Shown in pieces: positions 1 through 12,441 of a stretch of DNA of 64,000 nt (position 1 is the first letter of the stretch; every line of letters starts with the position of its first letter). Position numbers and translations under genes: made by a program. Below the pieces are notes generated by a model. It worked only from the letters and a program-made list of their open reading frames with translations. It ran no database searches and was not told the DNA's origin. The stretch is from assembly GCF_001949145.1 (NCBI RefSeq), contig NW_019091362.1, positions 1,743,838 to 1,807,837 of the forward strand, read 5' to 3'. The stretch is from Acanthaster planci. Its lineage: Eukaryota.

Positions 1-190
1 CCTCTGCCTAATTGCAGATACATGTACGTGTCTGTGTGCATGTGTTGAGGTTACACTTTACCAAACTCATCAGCATAGCCTCTCTGCATGTAAGGCACAT
101 TTTACAAATGACTATTTCACAGTTACTATTCCTTTGCCTTTTTGAATGTTTGATGTTACTCTTTTTTGTGTTTTCCCCTGTTATTTTCAG

Positions 191-3100
191 GTGTCGTTTC
201 AGTCAGATGCTGAAGCCGGTGATAGAAGACACTGCCAAGGCAGCGAGGGAAGAGTTCAGGCAACCTGGCCAAGTGGTGGTAGCGGCGGTGAACTGTGAAA
301 CTGAAGGTTCGTTGCTTAGCTAGAAATCCTTAAGGTGCTAAGCAGATGGTTACCGTGTGTAAGTCTCTGTGCTCAACATGTAGCATTTTGGCTGGCAACC
401 AGCTTTCGTTCTGGAAACGTTCTGTGATTTGTACATTTCTGTGATCAAAAATTCAGAAATTGAGTAAAAGTTCTCGAAGATGTGCTTGAAATGGGCTTTG
501 GTCATTTGTTGTACATAATGAAACACAGCCATCACAGAGCACAGGATTGAAATCAAGTTGTAGTTTCAATCTACCAGACCTGCTGTTGCTTTAGTGCTCA
601 ACTTCAGGGGAATCAGGTTGGTGTAGTGGGTCTTTCCTCGCCTTTCACCTCTGTGGTCCGGGTTCGATTCCTGGCTCGGTCCACACATGGATTGGGTTTC
701 AGTCCCTGTCTGATTCTGTGGATTTCCCATTATATTCCATCATTCGTGCAACATTTCCCATTGCGTTGTTCCTTATTTTGAAAAAACTCAAACACAAGGT
801 ATATGAGGGATCTTCGCTACAGTGCCTGAGTGTGGCCTAGTGGCACTTGACGACTCCCTTCATGCTCAACCTGCGAGGACTAGTTTGAATCTCTGTGTGC
901 ACAAACTCAGCAGGGAATCACTCAATCATGGGGATGAGTGTAGAAATTGGGTAGCACTTTTGCGAGAGCATACGTAGATGTCTTCAGTGTCACAATGCAG
1001 GAAATCCCTGCATATTTACTTGTCATGCGTGCTAGGTGGTGAGAGTGCTGTATGTTTTATTTTTTTCAAATATTTTGAAAACAGCACAATGTAAATTGTG
1101 CTGTTTTAAATTCATTATTTGTGTTTCTGTTTTGCCAGATGCCATTGCCAAGAGGTACCATATCTCCAAGTATCCGACCCTGAAGATGTTCCGGAATGGA
1201 CAGCTGGCGAAACGGGAGTATCGATCCCAGCGATCCAAGGATGCCTTTATGAACTTCCTGAGAGACCAGGTCAAGGACAGCATCAATCAGATGCAGACCA
1301 AAGAGGATGTCCAAAAGATTGATGTGAGTCCAGAAACGTCTGTTGCCTCTGTGTCAAAGTTTGCATTTAAGATGTGACCCAGCCTTCGGAAATGAGTCGC
1401 AAGTCAAGCAGACCTACTTCTGATCTACACGTGTAGAGATCTTTTAAAGAATCGTAGGCCACATCTTTTAATAAGAACTCTTTGGGTCATAGTATTTTTT
1501 TTACTTGTTCTTTGAAATACTTGTATTTCTGGCAATGTGATTCAGATCAGTACATCTCCTCATTACATTCTTCCTGTTGAATGATGTTTCATGGAAAATG
1601 AAAACGAAAGGTTTTTCTGTTTACTTGAGGAGTGAAATAGTTAACATGGTAGGGAGGAACATGAACATCCCCTAAAACAACCCAATTCACCTCACCCCAA
1701 CCTAACCCAACCCCCTATGCTTAAATTTGGTTGCAGACAACAGACTTGTAGGAAGTCAGTGCACCATGCCAGTGATATATTTCACGGATAGAAATATTCA
1801 ATTTTGTCTGTCTTGATCCGTTCTCCTACCCTAGCAATCCAAGCGCAACATCATTGCGTACTTCAAGGCAGTGAACACAAACGAGTACTCTGTCTTCAGA
1901 CGGGTTGCAAGCGCTCTCAGAGATGACTGTTCCTTCCACGTCGGAATTGGGTTAGTCGTAGATACGGGAAATTGTAGCAAGCAGTGGCATTGGAGAGTCT
2001 GGAAGTTTTATTACAGTTTTGTGGGGACAAGGTCTGTCACTGTCATTGCTATTGTTTACCATGTTATTATTGTTGACATTGTTTACAGTGAGAACTTCAG
2101 GTCAGAAACAGTGTCTGGAGATAACATCATGTTCAGACCGCCAAGGGTAAGCTTTTGAAAATTTGCAAGATAGAGATTGATGAGAAGTTAAATGCGGTCA
2201 GGTGAAAACGTAGGTATCGTATCCCGAAAATCCAGCGGGTGGGGGAGGTCTGTGATATTTTGGGCACTTTTCATCGCAGTGAAACACTTAAAACCCAGGG
2301 GTTTTTTAGCATCTGATTAATCTTCAAAGTTAGCGTTACATGCATCTACATCGCAATGAAAACATCTTTCCTGTTTTTTTTTTCCTGTAGACTAGTGGCC
2401 AGGATATGCTGTACATGGGATCCATGTTGAACTTCAACCTGTTTCACACCTGGGCACAGGACAAATGCATCCCGCTGGTGCGGGAAATTACCTTTGAAAA
2501 CGGAGAGGTAATTATGCCTTACACATACTCATGTCCATTGGACAAGTGATGACATTTATCAGCTTTGCATGGTGAACTTTCAGATTTTTGGGGGGGTGTT
2601 CATCGTTTGTGAGAAAGCCATGCTCAGTTGCTGAATTTAATATGATCTTGGGTCAGTGTTGAAGTATCAGAAATAAAAACAATCTGAATATCTCTCTATT
2701 AATTTGACTCTAAACAAATATTCATGTTTTTTTGCTGCTAACATGTTAGATAAGTTGTAGTATTCATCATAATTTTCGCTCCATGTAATGTTCCTGCACC
2801 ACAGGCAATTTCTCTGAATTGCAGCAAATTTCCGGAAGCTTATTTTACTGTCTGCAGCACATTTCTCGGTCTAAAGCAAAGATATGCTCATGGGCAAGGA
2901 AATATGGCCAGAGAAATTCACACCGCAGTAGACTATGTGACTTGGTGCATGTGCGTTGTCAAGGTAGAAACCGTCATAATTAACATGCAGAGTTGGTGGG
3001 TAGGATGTTAGTACTTTAAGTTGATAAGTTGAGGGTGAAACTGAGGCATCTTTGTCCTGCCAAAATCTTCAGCCATTGGCTGTCTTGTCAGAACGATGCC

Positions 3101-6100
3101 GTGATTTGTCTTCCGTCTCTCTTTGTCTGCTTTCTGTTTGGCTAGGAATTGACGGAGGAAGGCTTGCCATTCCTGATACTGTTCCACAGACCCGAGGATG
3201 CTGATGTTGTCAAACGATTCAACAGTATCATCAGCAGGGAGCTGATTGGCGATAAGGGTAAGACTTGATGCCAAAGGAATGTGCCCTGACATTGGCAGGA
3301 TTCTTTTATTTGTGATTTTCTCACCGGAACATTTTTTTAAAAAATGACTGAGAGTGGGCACTTTACTGCTTAGCCGTCAGATTCTTCAAAATGTGTCTCC
3401 AGGGAAAATGTCTGTTGCTTACCTTGCAAAACTTACAAAGACCTATTTTGATATTTTATCACAATACATCACTACACGCTGGTGAGGTCTGCCATATAGC
3501 CAGAGCTGTACGCCAACTCAGACGTGATGAACATGTTTGATCTGGCGCAGTGTCAGATGCTTTGTTCTCGAATGACCTCGCCTTTTTGAAGTACCAAGCT
3601 TGCTCCATGAGCCCCACTTCTTAGGTTGGTCACATTTCATCCTGATGTTTTGTCAAGTAGGTCCTACGACAGTTTTACACAAACTATATCTGGCTTGCGT
3701 CAAGTTGGACCGTGATCTATTGATCCGACAGGTCTTGTGCTAAGCTATGACGTAGGACTGCTCTTCACCCCTGGATGCTGTCCTAACTAGTCCCTTCATA
3801 CTCACTTCACCTTCTCAGTTTTAAGGCATGTGTGCACAGTTTCTTGCTGCTAAGGGTTTCTAGGGGTGCAGATTAGCGATAACATGGTCCAAGCAAAACA
3901 GTGAGGTGTTGGATCCCAACAGGTGTCCCTCAAGACAGCAATGCGATTCTTTTGTTTGCTGTTTCAGGCAGTGTCTGAAATCAGAGACGGTAGCCCAGAT
4001 TGGAGAGATACCCAAATTTACAGTTGCAAGACATGCACCACATTCTTTTGTTCCTCTCAAAGTGTTTGGGGCTTCCTCATTGTTTTTTTTTGGTCTGATA
4101 CTTTGCCTCAAAGATGACTAATTCTTGCCTCTTTGTTTTTCATAATAGAGCGTAACTATACAGGTATAAAAGTAAATCAATTTGTTTTATATTCTACATG
4201 GTTCAAGTTCTTCTCTGCCATTAAGTTCAGCGAATTGAGTTTGAATTGCATGTGTCATGAATGTTCATTTTCTTTTGGTAAGCATACCTAGAAAGAATGT
4301 CAAACACATTTTCAAGTCCTAGTCGTCAGGAAAAGGTCGCAACCGTTGTTTTTATTTTACAGGTTTGGAAAAACTTTCTTTTTGACTTTTTTTTTCATGT
4401 ATGATTTTGCCATGGAATGGGCATTCTTTCATTCTTCAGTATTTGAGAAAGACATATGCACTATCTCTGGCATCAGCTCTTTTGCGCAGGATTTTCTTCG
4501 CAGGTGGACGGCACCCCAGTGCTGAAACTAGGAGAAATTGATTTGTGCACCTGCTCTGCTCAAAACACTGGAAGCTAAGCCCAAACCAGTTTGGCACCAC
4601 CCCTTTTCTCATCATCTTACAAGTATACAAAGAAAACTCTTTGGACTGGACTTTCCCCCACAGATTGTACCCACCAAAAGAGGGAAAAAATGATTTATGT
4701 GGCAGGTATTCCTCCTAGCCTACGGTTTGTACGCTCATGAAAATCCTGAGAAATAGAAAAAGTGCATGGTCCCTGAATGATTGTCAGTACACCATTTTTT
4801 TCTTGGTCTCCCCAGGAAGTGTCAACTTCTTAACGGCAGACGGCACCAAGTTTACGCACCCACTGCATCATTTAGGGAAGACCCCCAAGGATCTCCCAGT
4901 GATTGCCATCGATAGCTTCAGGCACATGTACCTGTTCCCTAATGTGCAAGAAGTAGAGTAAGTCAGAGACGAGATATCTCAAACAGACAGGAAGTGATTT
5001 CTATATTTCAATGTTGATTTTTACTTTTAAATACAGTCAACTCTCGTTATTACAAAATTCGTGGGACTTAGTAGAATCGTTTGATGTATCCGAAATTCGT
5101 TGTAGGTGGAACGCTGTGCAGTGGCTTTGGTGCATTGTTATACAATACCATGTACATGCATATGCACGTGTATGCATGTATGTGCATACACGTGAACGCC
5201 TGGTTGATGTTACATCAAAAAGATCTCTCGGTTATAATTATTCAAATATATTGTGATGTGTTTAGAATAATAAACTTCACTGTCGTATGGTAACATGTTT
5301 GATGTGCATGTGAGATTAAAAAAAAATTGAAAACATTGATCCAGGGATTTTTAAAAGACTTTTGATCACCATAGATGACGACGAAGCTAACAGTAAGTAA
5401 ATGTCATGCACATGTAGGCCTGTGTGTACCTGCAAGAATGTGAAGACTCATCAACTGGACCCCCCATCCATTAAAGTTGTCTTTCCAATATAAATTGTGT
5501 CATGGAGAGACGTTTTTATTTGATTTTCCGTCTGTCTTATGATTTTCAACACTAGCCACATGACACGATTGATTGATAGTCCGTGTTCACTCGCCCAGTG
5601 ACGCCCACTGTGGTGCAGCTGCCCGCGTGCGATGGTCGCTAAAGAAGTATGATGTCATGAAGGAATATTGTGATTGGATAGCTGTACGTCATAAAACACA
5701 TAGTCCTATTGGCGGGTATGCTACATCTTTTTGCGGCATTATGAAGAATTCAGTGTGGGCGATTGTTGGGCTCTTGAGAGGCGAGAATAGTCAAGCAAAC
5801 TTATTTGGGGCGTATTTTTATCGGATCCGGAATAGGGAAGCGAATTTTTGTTTTGGCATTAGTGCAATCAATGTAAAAAATCATTGATTTTTTAATCGTG
5901 CACTACGCTTGTCATGACAACAGGAAACTGGCAAATGATGTCTGCGTATCGCATTGCAAGCGTGCGTGATGCATCTGGAGGGGCGAGCGATAAGCCTCAC
6001 GCTGTGGCTGGAAATTTTTTGGAAACGCTTGCTTTTGAGTTCAAGCAGTACAACCCCAAATTAAATTCATGAGCTTAGAAAACACAAACATAGACATGAG

Positions 6101-7442
6101 ATCAAGTTTTGTGAATGAATCTGCAGAATTCGTGACGGCAGTGTTTCTTCGACTTGCAACTGTAGAGCTGCATTCGTATACGATGTAGTGAAACGTACAG
6201 CCTTTTTTTGGCAGGAACTGTACATTGACTGGTTGCCGCATTTCCATCGTGCCTTCGTTGGCAACGGTTCGGGCCGTTGGGAACCATTGTTGTGCTCTGC
6301 GCATGTGTTTTCACCACCGGGATTCACAAATGCTCATTATACATGTGTCGTCAACAGTGATTTTTCAGGCAGTGGAGTCACGAAAACCTTTCATTGTAAC
6401 AGGAATTTTGTACAATGCAATTTCGCTGTAAGTGATTTTCTCCCCATAGAAATGTGCGCATTTTCACCGGGATCACAGATTTGTGATTGTTATAACCGGA
6501 ATTTATTATGGCCAATTTCATAATAACGAGAGTTGACTGTAGACGTAACATTTCCCATATTTACCTTAAATAACAGGCAAAAATGTTAGAAACCTTCTGG
6601 CATTGAAACGAGAGTGATTTGTGTTAAAAGTTATTTCAAACTGTATTGTAGCTTAACCCTCCTTTGGTTTTACAGCTCAGATGTNNNNNNNNNNNNNNNN
6701 NNNNNNNNNNNNNNNNNNNNNNNNNNNNNNNNNNNNNNNNNNNNNNNNNNNNNNNNNNNNNNNNNNNNNNNNNNNNNNNNNNNNNNNNNNNNNNNNNNNN
6801 NNNNNNNNNNNNNNNCACACAGCTGTGCTTCTTTGAGGTGTTTACCAAATGACCCAAAGAGTGACTTCAGCATAGAGGGTTAATAAGCAACTAAATTGCT
6901 AATTTTGCTGTGTGAAAGATCCACAGACAGCATGATCAATTACGGCAGTTGGAGAAACTGCAATTAACAAAGTATTGGAAGCACTTTTCCTTCATATACA
7001 CATCTTCCCATTGATTAATTGTTGGGTCTTTCATAAAGCATGCAGCCTAGGAAATATTACGTAGACCCTTGTTTTAGGAAGCAGAGATGTTTCGATTGGC
7101 CCTGGGCCGCAGAGGGGGAATGCCAACCTGACTCCCCACATCTGGGGTCCTGGAAGCAGCCAGCATTTTCTCAGTATGATTCCTCGTCAGAGTGTCTTTC
7201 ATTGTTCACTTCATTGCTGCAGCGCCCCCGGGAAACTCAAGCAGTTTGTCGACGACCTGCACTCAGGGAAACTTCACCGGGAGTTCCACCACGGACCGGA
7301 CAAGGTGACCCCACAGGAGCCAGCCAAAGCTACCTCCGGGAGCCAGGAACCAGCAAAGAAGGCCCCCACCGACCCTCCCGAGAGCACCTTCATCAAGCTG
7401 AAGCCTAGCGGAAATCGATACTCTTTCCGTGATGAGCTTTGA
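191..7442 (+). CDS. ERP44: Endoplasmic reticulum resident protein 44 (ERp44/TXNDC4), 5'-partial, 8 coding exons
   Basis: Exons 191-306, 1139-1323, 1835-1950, 2089-2146, 2391-2507, 3146-3257, 4816-4957 and 7223-7442 all have GT-AG boundaries with compatible phases. The translation contains (W)CRFSQML, YHISKYPTLKMFRNG, KCIPLVREITFENGEELTEEGLPFLILFH, LPVIAIDSFRHMYLFP, DLHSGKLHREFHHGPD and the C-terminal ER-retrieval signal RDEL*, all ERp44 hallmarks. The signal-peptide exons lie upstream of the window. Confidence 0.97.
606..730 (+). mobile_element. tRNA-derived SINE head fragment
   Basis: Pol III A-box-like tggtgtagtgg and B-box ggttcgattcc, followed by ttgggtttcagtccct. A diverged copy lies on the - strand at about 24940-25090. 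Confidence 0.65.
5034..6539. mobile_element. Non-autonomous Tc1/mariner/pogo-like DNA transposon (about 1.5 kb) in the last ERp44 intron
   Basis: Terminal inverted repeats cagtcaactctcgttatta ... taataacgagagttgactg, flanked by TA on both sides (5032-5033 and 6540-6541). No transposase ORF. Confidence 0.85.
6685..6815. other. Assembly gap (N run)
   Basis: Run of n in the sequence. Confidence 0.99.
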
Positions 7443-10239
7443 GGATTTGCCCAGGGGCAGTGCCTGTTGCTGAGTACAATGGGCAAACAGGAACACGCGT
7501 CGGTTGTACGTTTAGCATTTTAGCCTTGTTGAAGGGAAATGAAATAATTTGATGAAGCTGTGACATTTTATCTGGAGTTTGGCCAATCTAATTTTTTGGT
7601 GTTATTATCTGTCTAGAGGATATTTTCCATTTAAATTTATGTGCAGTTTAGAAAAAGGTAGAAAATGATTGGCCTGAACACATGAGGCACTGGAAGAAGG
7701 TAACACCTAGTTGTACATGTAGACGTGTTAAATTCTTGTGTTCAATCGCCAGGCTTTGAAAGGAGTACATTGGGTCAGGTGACTGACAGGTGAAAGAAAA
7801 TAGACTCCTGCTTAAATTGCAGGTTTCACTGTTGAACGTATCATGTTTTCCATTGAATGTGCGTTACCTAACAAAAGAATAGCTTGTGTCCAGTTAAACA
7901 CGTGCTCAAAATTTGCAAAAAAGAATGCGTTTTTATGCAGTAAGTGTTGCTGTGAATATTCCCTGACATCAAATTCAATGAACCTGCCTCTAGTGGGGAA
8001 CATGATGGAAAGTATGCTTAAAAGTTGCAAACAACATGGAGGCCTTACATTTTACAGCCATAAACAAAGTCATGCATGGAATGCCAGTTACAGCCGGCTC
8101 ATCTGTTATTCTCAGTGAGCCCTAGCTGCGTCTAGATTGAACTAGCTAAAGTAGAAATGCATGACCATACATCCCTTCGTCAAATGCTGAGGATACCCCA
8201 AGGTGAGGCTTGTTGTCAAGTATCAAGTGCATTTGGTTACCTAACTGAATAGGTCAATGTACTTATGAAGTCACAAGAATGTCTATATGTGCACTTTCCT
8301 ATGGAGCCAGTGGGGGCCCACGGTCCACTAAACACCATAGAAAAGTACACATGTAAACAAAGCGCGGTGTCACCAGTACTTGGGTCGATCGGTGCTCTAG
8401 CAATTAGTTTAATTAGAATAACAAAATAGCATAGCTTGGTAACGCTGCAAACCGTGTGATGGAATTTAGAGAGTTGATGTTTTAATTTGTACAATTGCAA
8501 TAGTTGTTTTTATTTATTTTTGTTTGAAGCACAGCTGACCAGCATAATGCAAATTACTATGAATAAAAAAAGTGCGAGGTATCTTTAGGTATATAATCCT
8601 CTTTTGGTTGTAAAACTGCAAAAAGGACAGACGGATTTAAGACATGGTACATGAGAAAGGATTGTTCTGTCAAAACAGTCCTTGTCCCAAACTTGTCTGT
8701 TAATTGTTTCAAATGTCAACAGCCAAGATCACCCATCAAAATGTTTACATCAGAAATGCTTAACATATCGGTTCTGGGCGTGCAAGTTTATTCTGATGGT
8801 CTGCTTTTCCTCCTCCCCATTTCTTATGTATGCCCTTGCAATTGAAAAACTCAATCTAATCTCTTGTGCAGTGTAAAATCTTTCTGCATACACAAAGTAC
8901 ATGCAAAGAAGTTACGAAGGCAGCGTACTGAATCCAGGCCCGATGACATACCTGAGTGTCACTCATTTCAACAAAATCACTTATCATATCCTCAGAATTT
9001 GTTCCAGAGATGGTCAGACAAACATTTGGTTACGTTTTCAATATGTTCAAAATATATTGGATTTGGTTAAAACTTTCTGTGTGATGATTTTTTTTGCCAC
9101 TCACAAATTTCCTTGAAGTTGCTTACCTGTACAAGACGATATGCACAAGGTTGAACTAATAAATGAACAAGGAGTGCCTTTATTTTGCAATTAGTACCTT
9201 GATCAAAAGGTGTTAAAAGTACAATTGAAATTCTCTTTGCAACGCTGCTAACCTGCCTGTCAATATTACCACTGGAGTAAAAAAATAAACAAAATTTGAC
9301 AGTTTATTTGTCTCTTTTTTTTCTTTTTGTTTGAGTTTTTATTTTATGGTTTCTTTTTTTTTCACTTTAGACAGTGCACATTAACTAAATTTTTGATATA
9401 TTTTCGTGGTTGAATTTTGCACTTGTTTTGAATTTTACACCATGTGTAAAATTAGGCTTTTATTTGCTTATAGATAGTTCAATTGCATAGGCCAACCTCT
9501 GATTGCTTTCAAGTCCTTTTTATATGGTTTGCTATGTGTAGCCAGCAGAACTACCCAGATCTTGACGAGTAAAGAAATTCAGTCAACAGCTGACTAAAAC
9601 TCAGTTTGCAAGAAGCTAAACTGCCAGTCCAACAATTGATTGATAAATAGTTACATCCTAACACCCACTTGTGATATTTAAAGGAACTTCTTAATTTGTA
9701 AGAAATGTCATGCATTTTGTTTTTATATATACTTCTTCAGTTATAATTGGGTAGCAGAAATCTTGAAAAATAAATGTATTTATTTGACACCTCAGGTTTA
9801 ATACAAAAGGAGTGTTGTACTTACAGATGTTCTCAAACACCTGCTTTAATAGGCATTGCTGAAGGTATAGCAAAATCTCAAAGTAATTAAAGAGAATAAA
9901 ATTTGGGGGATTTTTAAGCTGTTTAACATTGTTGGCATATCTGTGGGGGGCCTTGGGGTTACAGACCCCCACCGGGGATGTCCATGTCCCCCTGTTCTCC
10001 TTGCCCCTCCCCCCCCCATTTGAAGTTTCAATATTTGCGCAACCTATGTACGAGCCAAAGTTTCCGCTTGGGGGGGAAAAGTTTGTACCTCGGGTGCCCC
10101 TGACTTATGCTACAGTTAAAATTTTGACAGACTGTATCCAACCTGAAGACCAAAGCAATATTTTTGACGGCTGGATTTTAGAGTGAAGTTGTTAGTTTCA
10201 TCAAATCAGCTGTAATAGTTTGTTATATGGACTTCCTAA

Positions 10240-10660
10240 TTCCAGGCCACTGAGACTGCAGAATGCTCGTGCTAGACTTGTGTGTAACTGCCAAATACTG
10301 CCACATTTCCCCCTCGGTTAAATTACACTGGTTGCCTGTTCAATTAAGAAATATTTAAAATACTTTTGATTACATTTCAGGCTTTTCATGGCTTAGTCCA
10401 AGGTTACATCTCTGAATTACTGTCCATGCACTAAATCCCAGCCACATTTGTACAGTCTTCGCAGTTCACACGACAGGTTGATCCTTAACACATCCCTATT
10501 GCAGAACTAAGGCTACTCTTGGAGACTGCATTTGTTTGTGCAGCTCCCAAGTCCTAAGGCTTTTGAACAACCTGCCCTTTCATATACACCTGTAAGTACC
10601 AATCTGTTGATGCATTTGTTCTGCTAAAACTCATCTCTTTAAAGAGGCTTTTTCCAACTC
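10240..10660 (+). mobile_element. Decayed 3' end of an L2/CR1-clade LINE ORF2 (second copy at about 11395-11810)
   Basis: Frameshifted translation QNARARLVC..KYCHISP..KLHWLPVQLR..FKILLITFQAFHGL..GYISELL..YSLRS..AAPK..NNLP..KTHLFKEAF matches the characteristic C-terminus of L2/Crack-type LINE ORF2. Confidence 0.85.
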
Positions 10661-12255
10661 CTAATTTACACCTCAACTAGTGATAGGTATTGTTATGCGG
10701 AGTTGAGTATATTTGTATTGTATCTGCGTGATAAAAATGTTTCCTTATACATGTATTTATTTTTATTTAAAGAACACAAATTTTTTCTCAATGCTAGTTG
10801 AAAACAACAAACAGTTCCAGAAGTTGACAACCAACTACCACATTACGGTTACAAAATTGTCATTTCTATGCACTGGCTTAATGCAGCTTAGTGCGTTAAT
10901 TTCATACCTCGATCAAAATTGTAATACATGAAATACACGTAATACATGAAAATATGCCTATGCCGCAGAAGGCCCACACGTGGATCGGGATGTTGAATTT
11001 GGTAAAGCTTACTCTCCCGAGGCATTGGTGGCGCTATCATCCTTTATTGCAGTAGCACTGGTAAACCTGCGACGAGTACCAGTCAAAAATATGCAGTTGT
11101 GTTGTTGCTAAGGTAAACGTAAAAGTGCATCACACGTACAGTACATGTTCGGCCTCCTCCNGTTCTCCTTGCCCCTCTCCCCCCATTTGAAGTTTCAATA
11201 TTTGCACAACCTATGTACGAGCCAAAGTTTCCGCTTGGGGGGGAAAAGTTTGTACCTCGGGTGCCCCTGACTTATGCTACAGTTAAAATTTTGACAGGCT
11301 GCATCCAACCTGAAGACCAAAGCAATATTTTCGACGGCTGGATTTTAGAGTGAAGTTGTTAGTTTCATCAAATCAGCTGTAATAGTTTGTTATATGGACT
11401 TCCTAATTCCAGGCCACTGAGACTGCAGAATGCTCGTGCTAGACTTGTGTGTAACTGCCAAATACTGCCAAATTTCCCCCTCATTGGTTAAATTACACTG
11501 GTTGCCTGTTCAATTAAGAAATATTTAAAATTTAAAAACTTTTGATTACATTTCAGGCTTTTCATGGCTTCACATCTCTGAATTACTGTCCACTAAATCC
11601 CAGCCACACTGTCTTTGCAGTTCACACGACAGGTTGATCCTCAGCACATCCCTATTGCAGAATTAAGGCTACTCTTGGAGACTGCATTTGTTTGTGCAGC
11701 TCCCAAGTCCTAAGGCTTTTGAACAACCTGCCCTTTCATGTAAGAAGTGCCAATCTGTTGATGCATTTGTTCTGCTAAAACTCATCTCTTTAAAGAGGCT
11801 TTTTCCAACTCCTAATTTACACCTCAACTAGTGATAGGTATTGTTATGCGGAGTTGAGTATATTTGTATTGTATCTGCGTGATAAAAATGTTTCCGTATA
11901 CTATGTATTTATTTTTATTTAAAGAACACAAATTTTTTCTCAATGTTAGCTGAAAACAACAAACAGTTCCAGAAGTTGACAACCAACTACCACATTACGG
12001 TTACAAAATTGTCATTTCTATGCACTGGCTTAATGCAGCTTAGTGCGTTAATTTCATACCTCGATCAAAATTGTAATACATGAAATACACGTAATACATG
12101 AAAATATGCCTATGCCGCAGAAGGCCCACACGTGGATCCGGATGTTGAATTTGGTAAAGCTTACTCTCCCGAGGCATTGGTGGCGCTATCATCCTTTATT
12201 GCAGTAGCACTGGTAAACCTGCGACGAGTACCAGTCAAAAATATGCAGTTGTGTT

Positions 12256-12270
12256 GTTGCTAAGGTAAAC
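12256..12270 (+). promoter_or_regulatory. RFX X-box (with overlapping forkhead-like GTAAAC) upstream of ODAD4
   Basis: GTTGCTAAGGTAAAC lies about 170 bp upstream of the ATG at 12442 and resembles the X-box consensus GTTGCYATGGYAAC typical of ciliary genes. It is duplicated at 11104-11118. Confidence 0.65.
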
Positions 12271-12441
12271 GTAAAAGTGCATCACACGTACAGTACATGT
12301 TCGGCCTCTTATANTAGGCTGCGCATATAGGGTGGCGCGTCAGCGTTGGTTCTGTTGACATCGATTGAATGAAAGAGAAGATAGTCAGCTGATACTCTGG
12401 ATCAATATTCTTCTCTTGACTAGAAAGTCGATTTAGGAAAG

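Larger units (their letters stand above)
9994..12308 (+). repeat. Near-identical tandem duplication of about 1.15 kb (9994-11156 and 11162-12308)
   Basis: Both copies start gttctccttgcccct and end gtacatgttcggcctc, differing by scattered SNPs and small indels. They are separated by a single n (11161), and another n follows at 12314. Confidence 0.95.

Noticed and set aside
606..680. tRNA gene candidate (A and B boxes)
   Set aside because: No complete cloverleaf or acceptor stem. It continues into a SINE body and has a second diverged copy.
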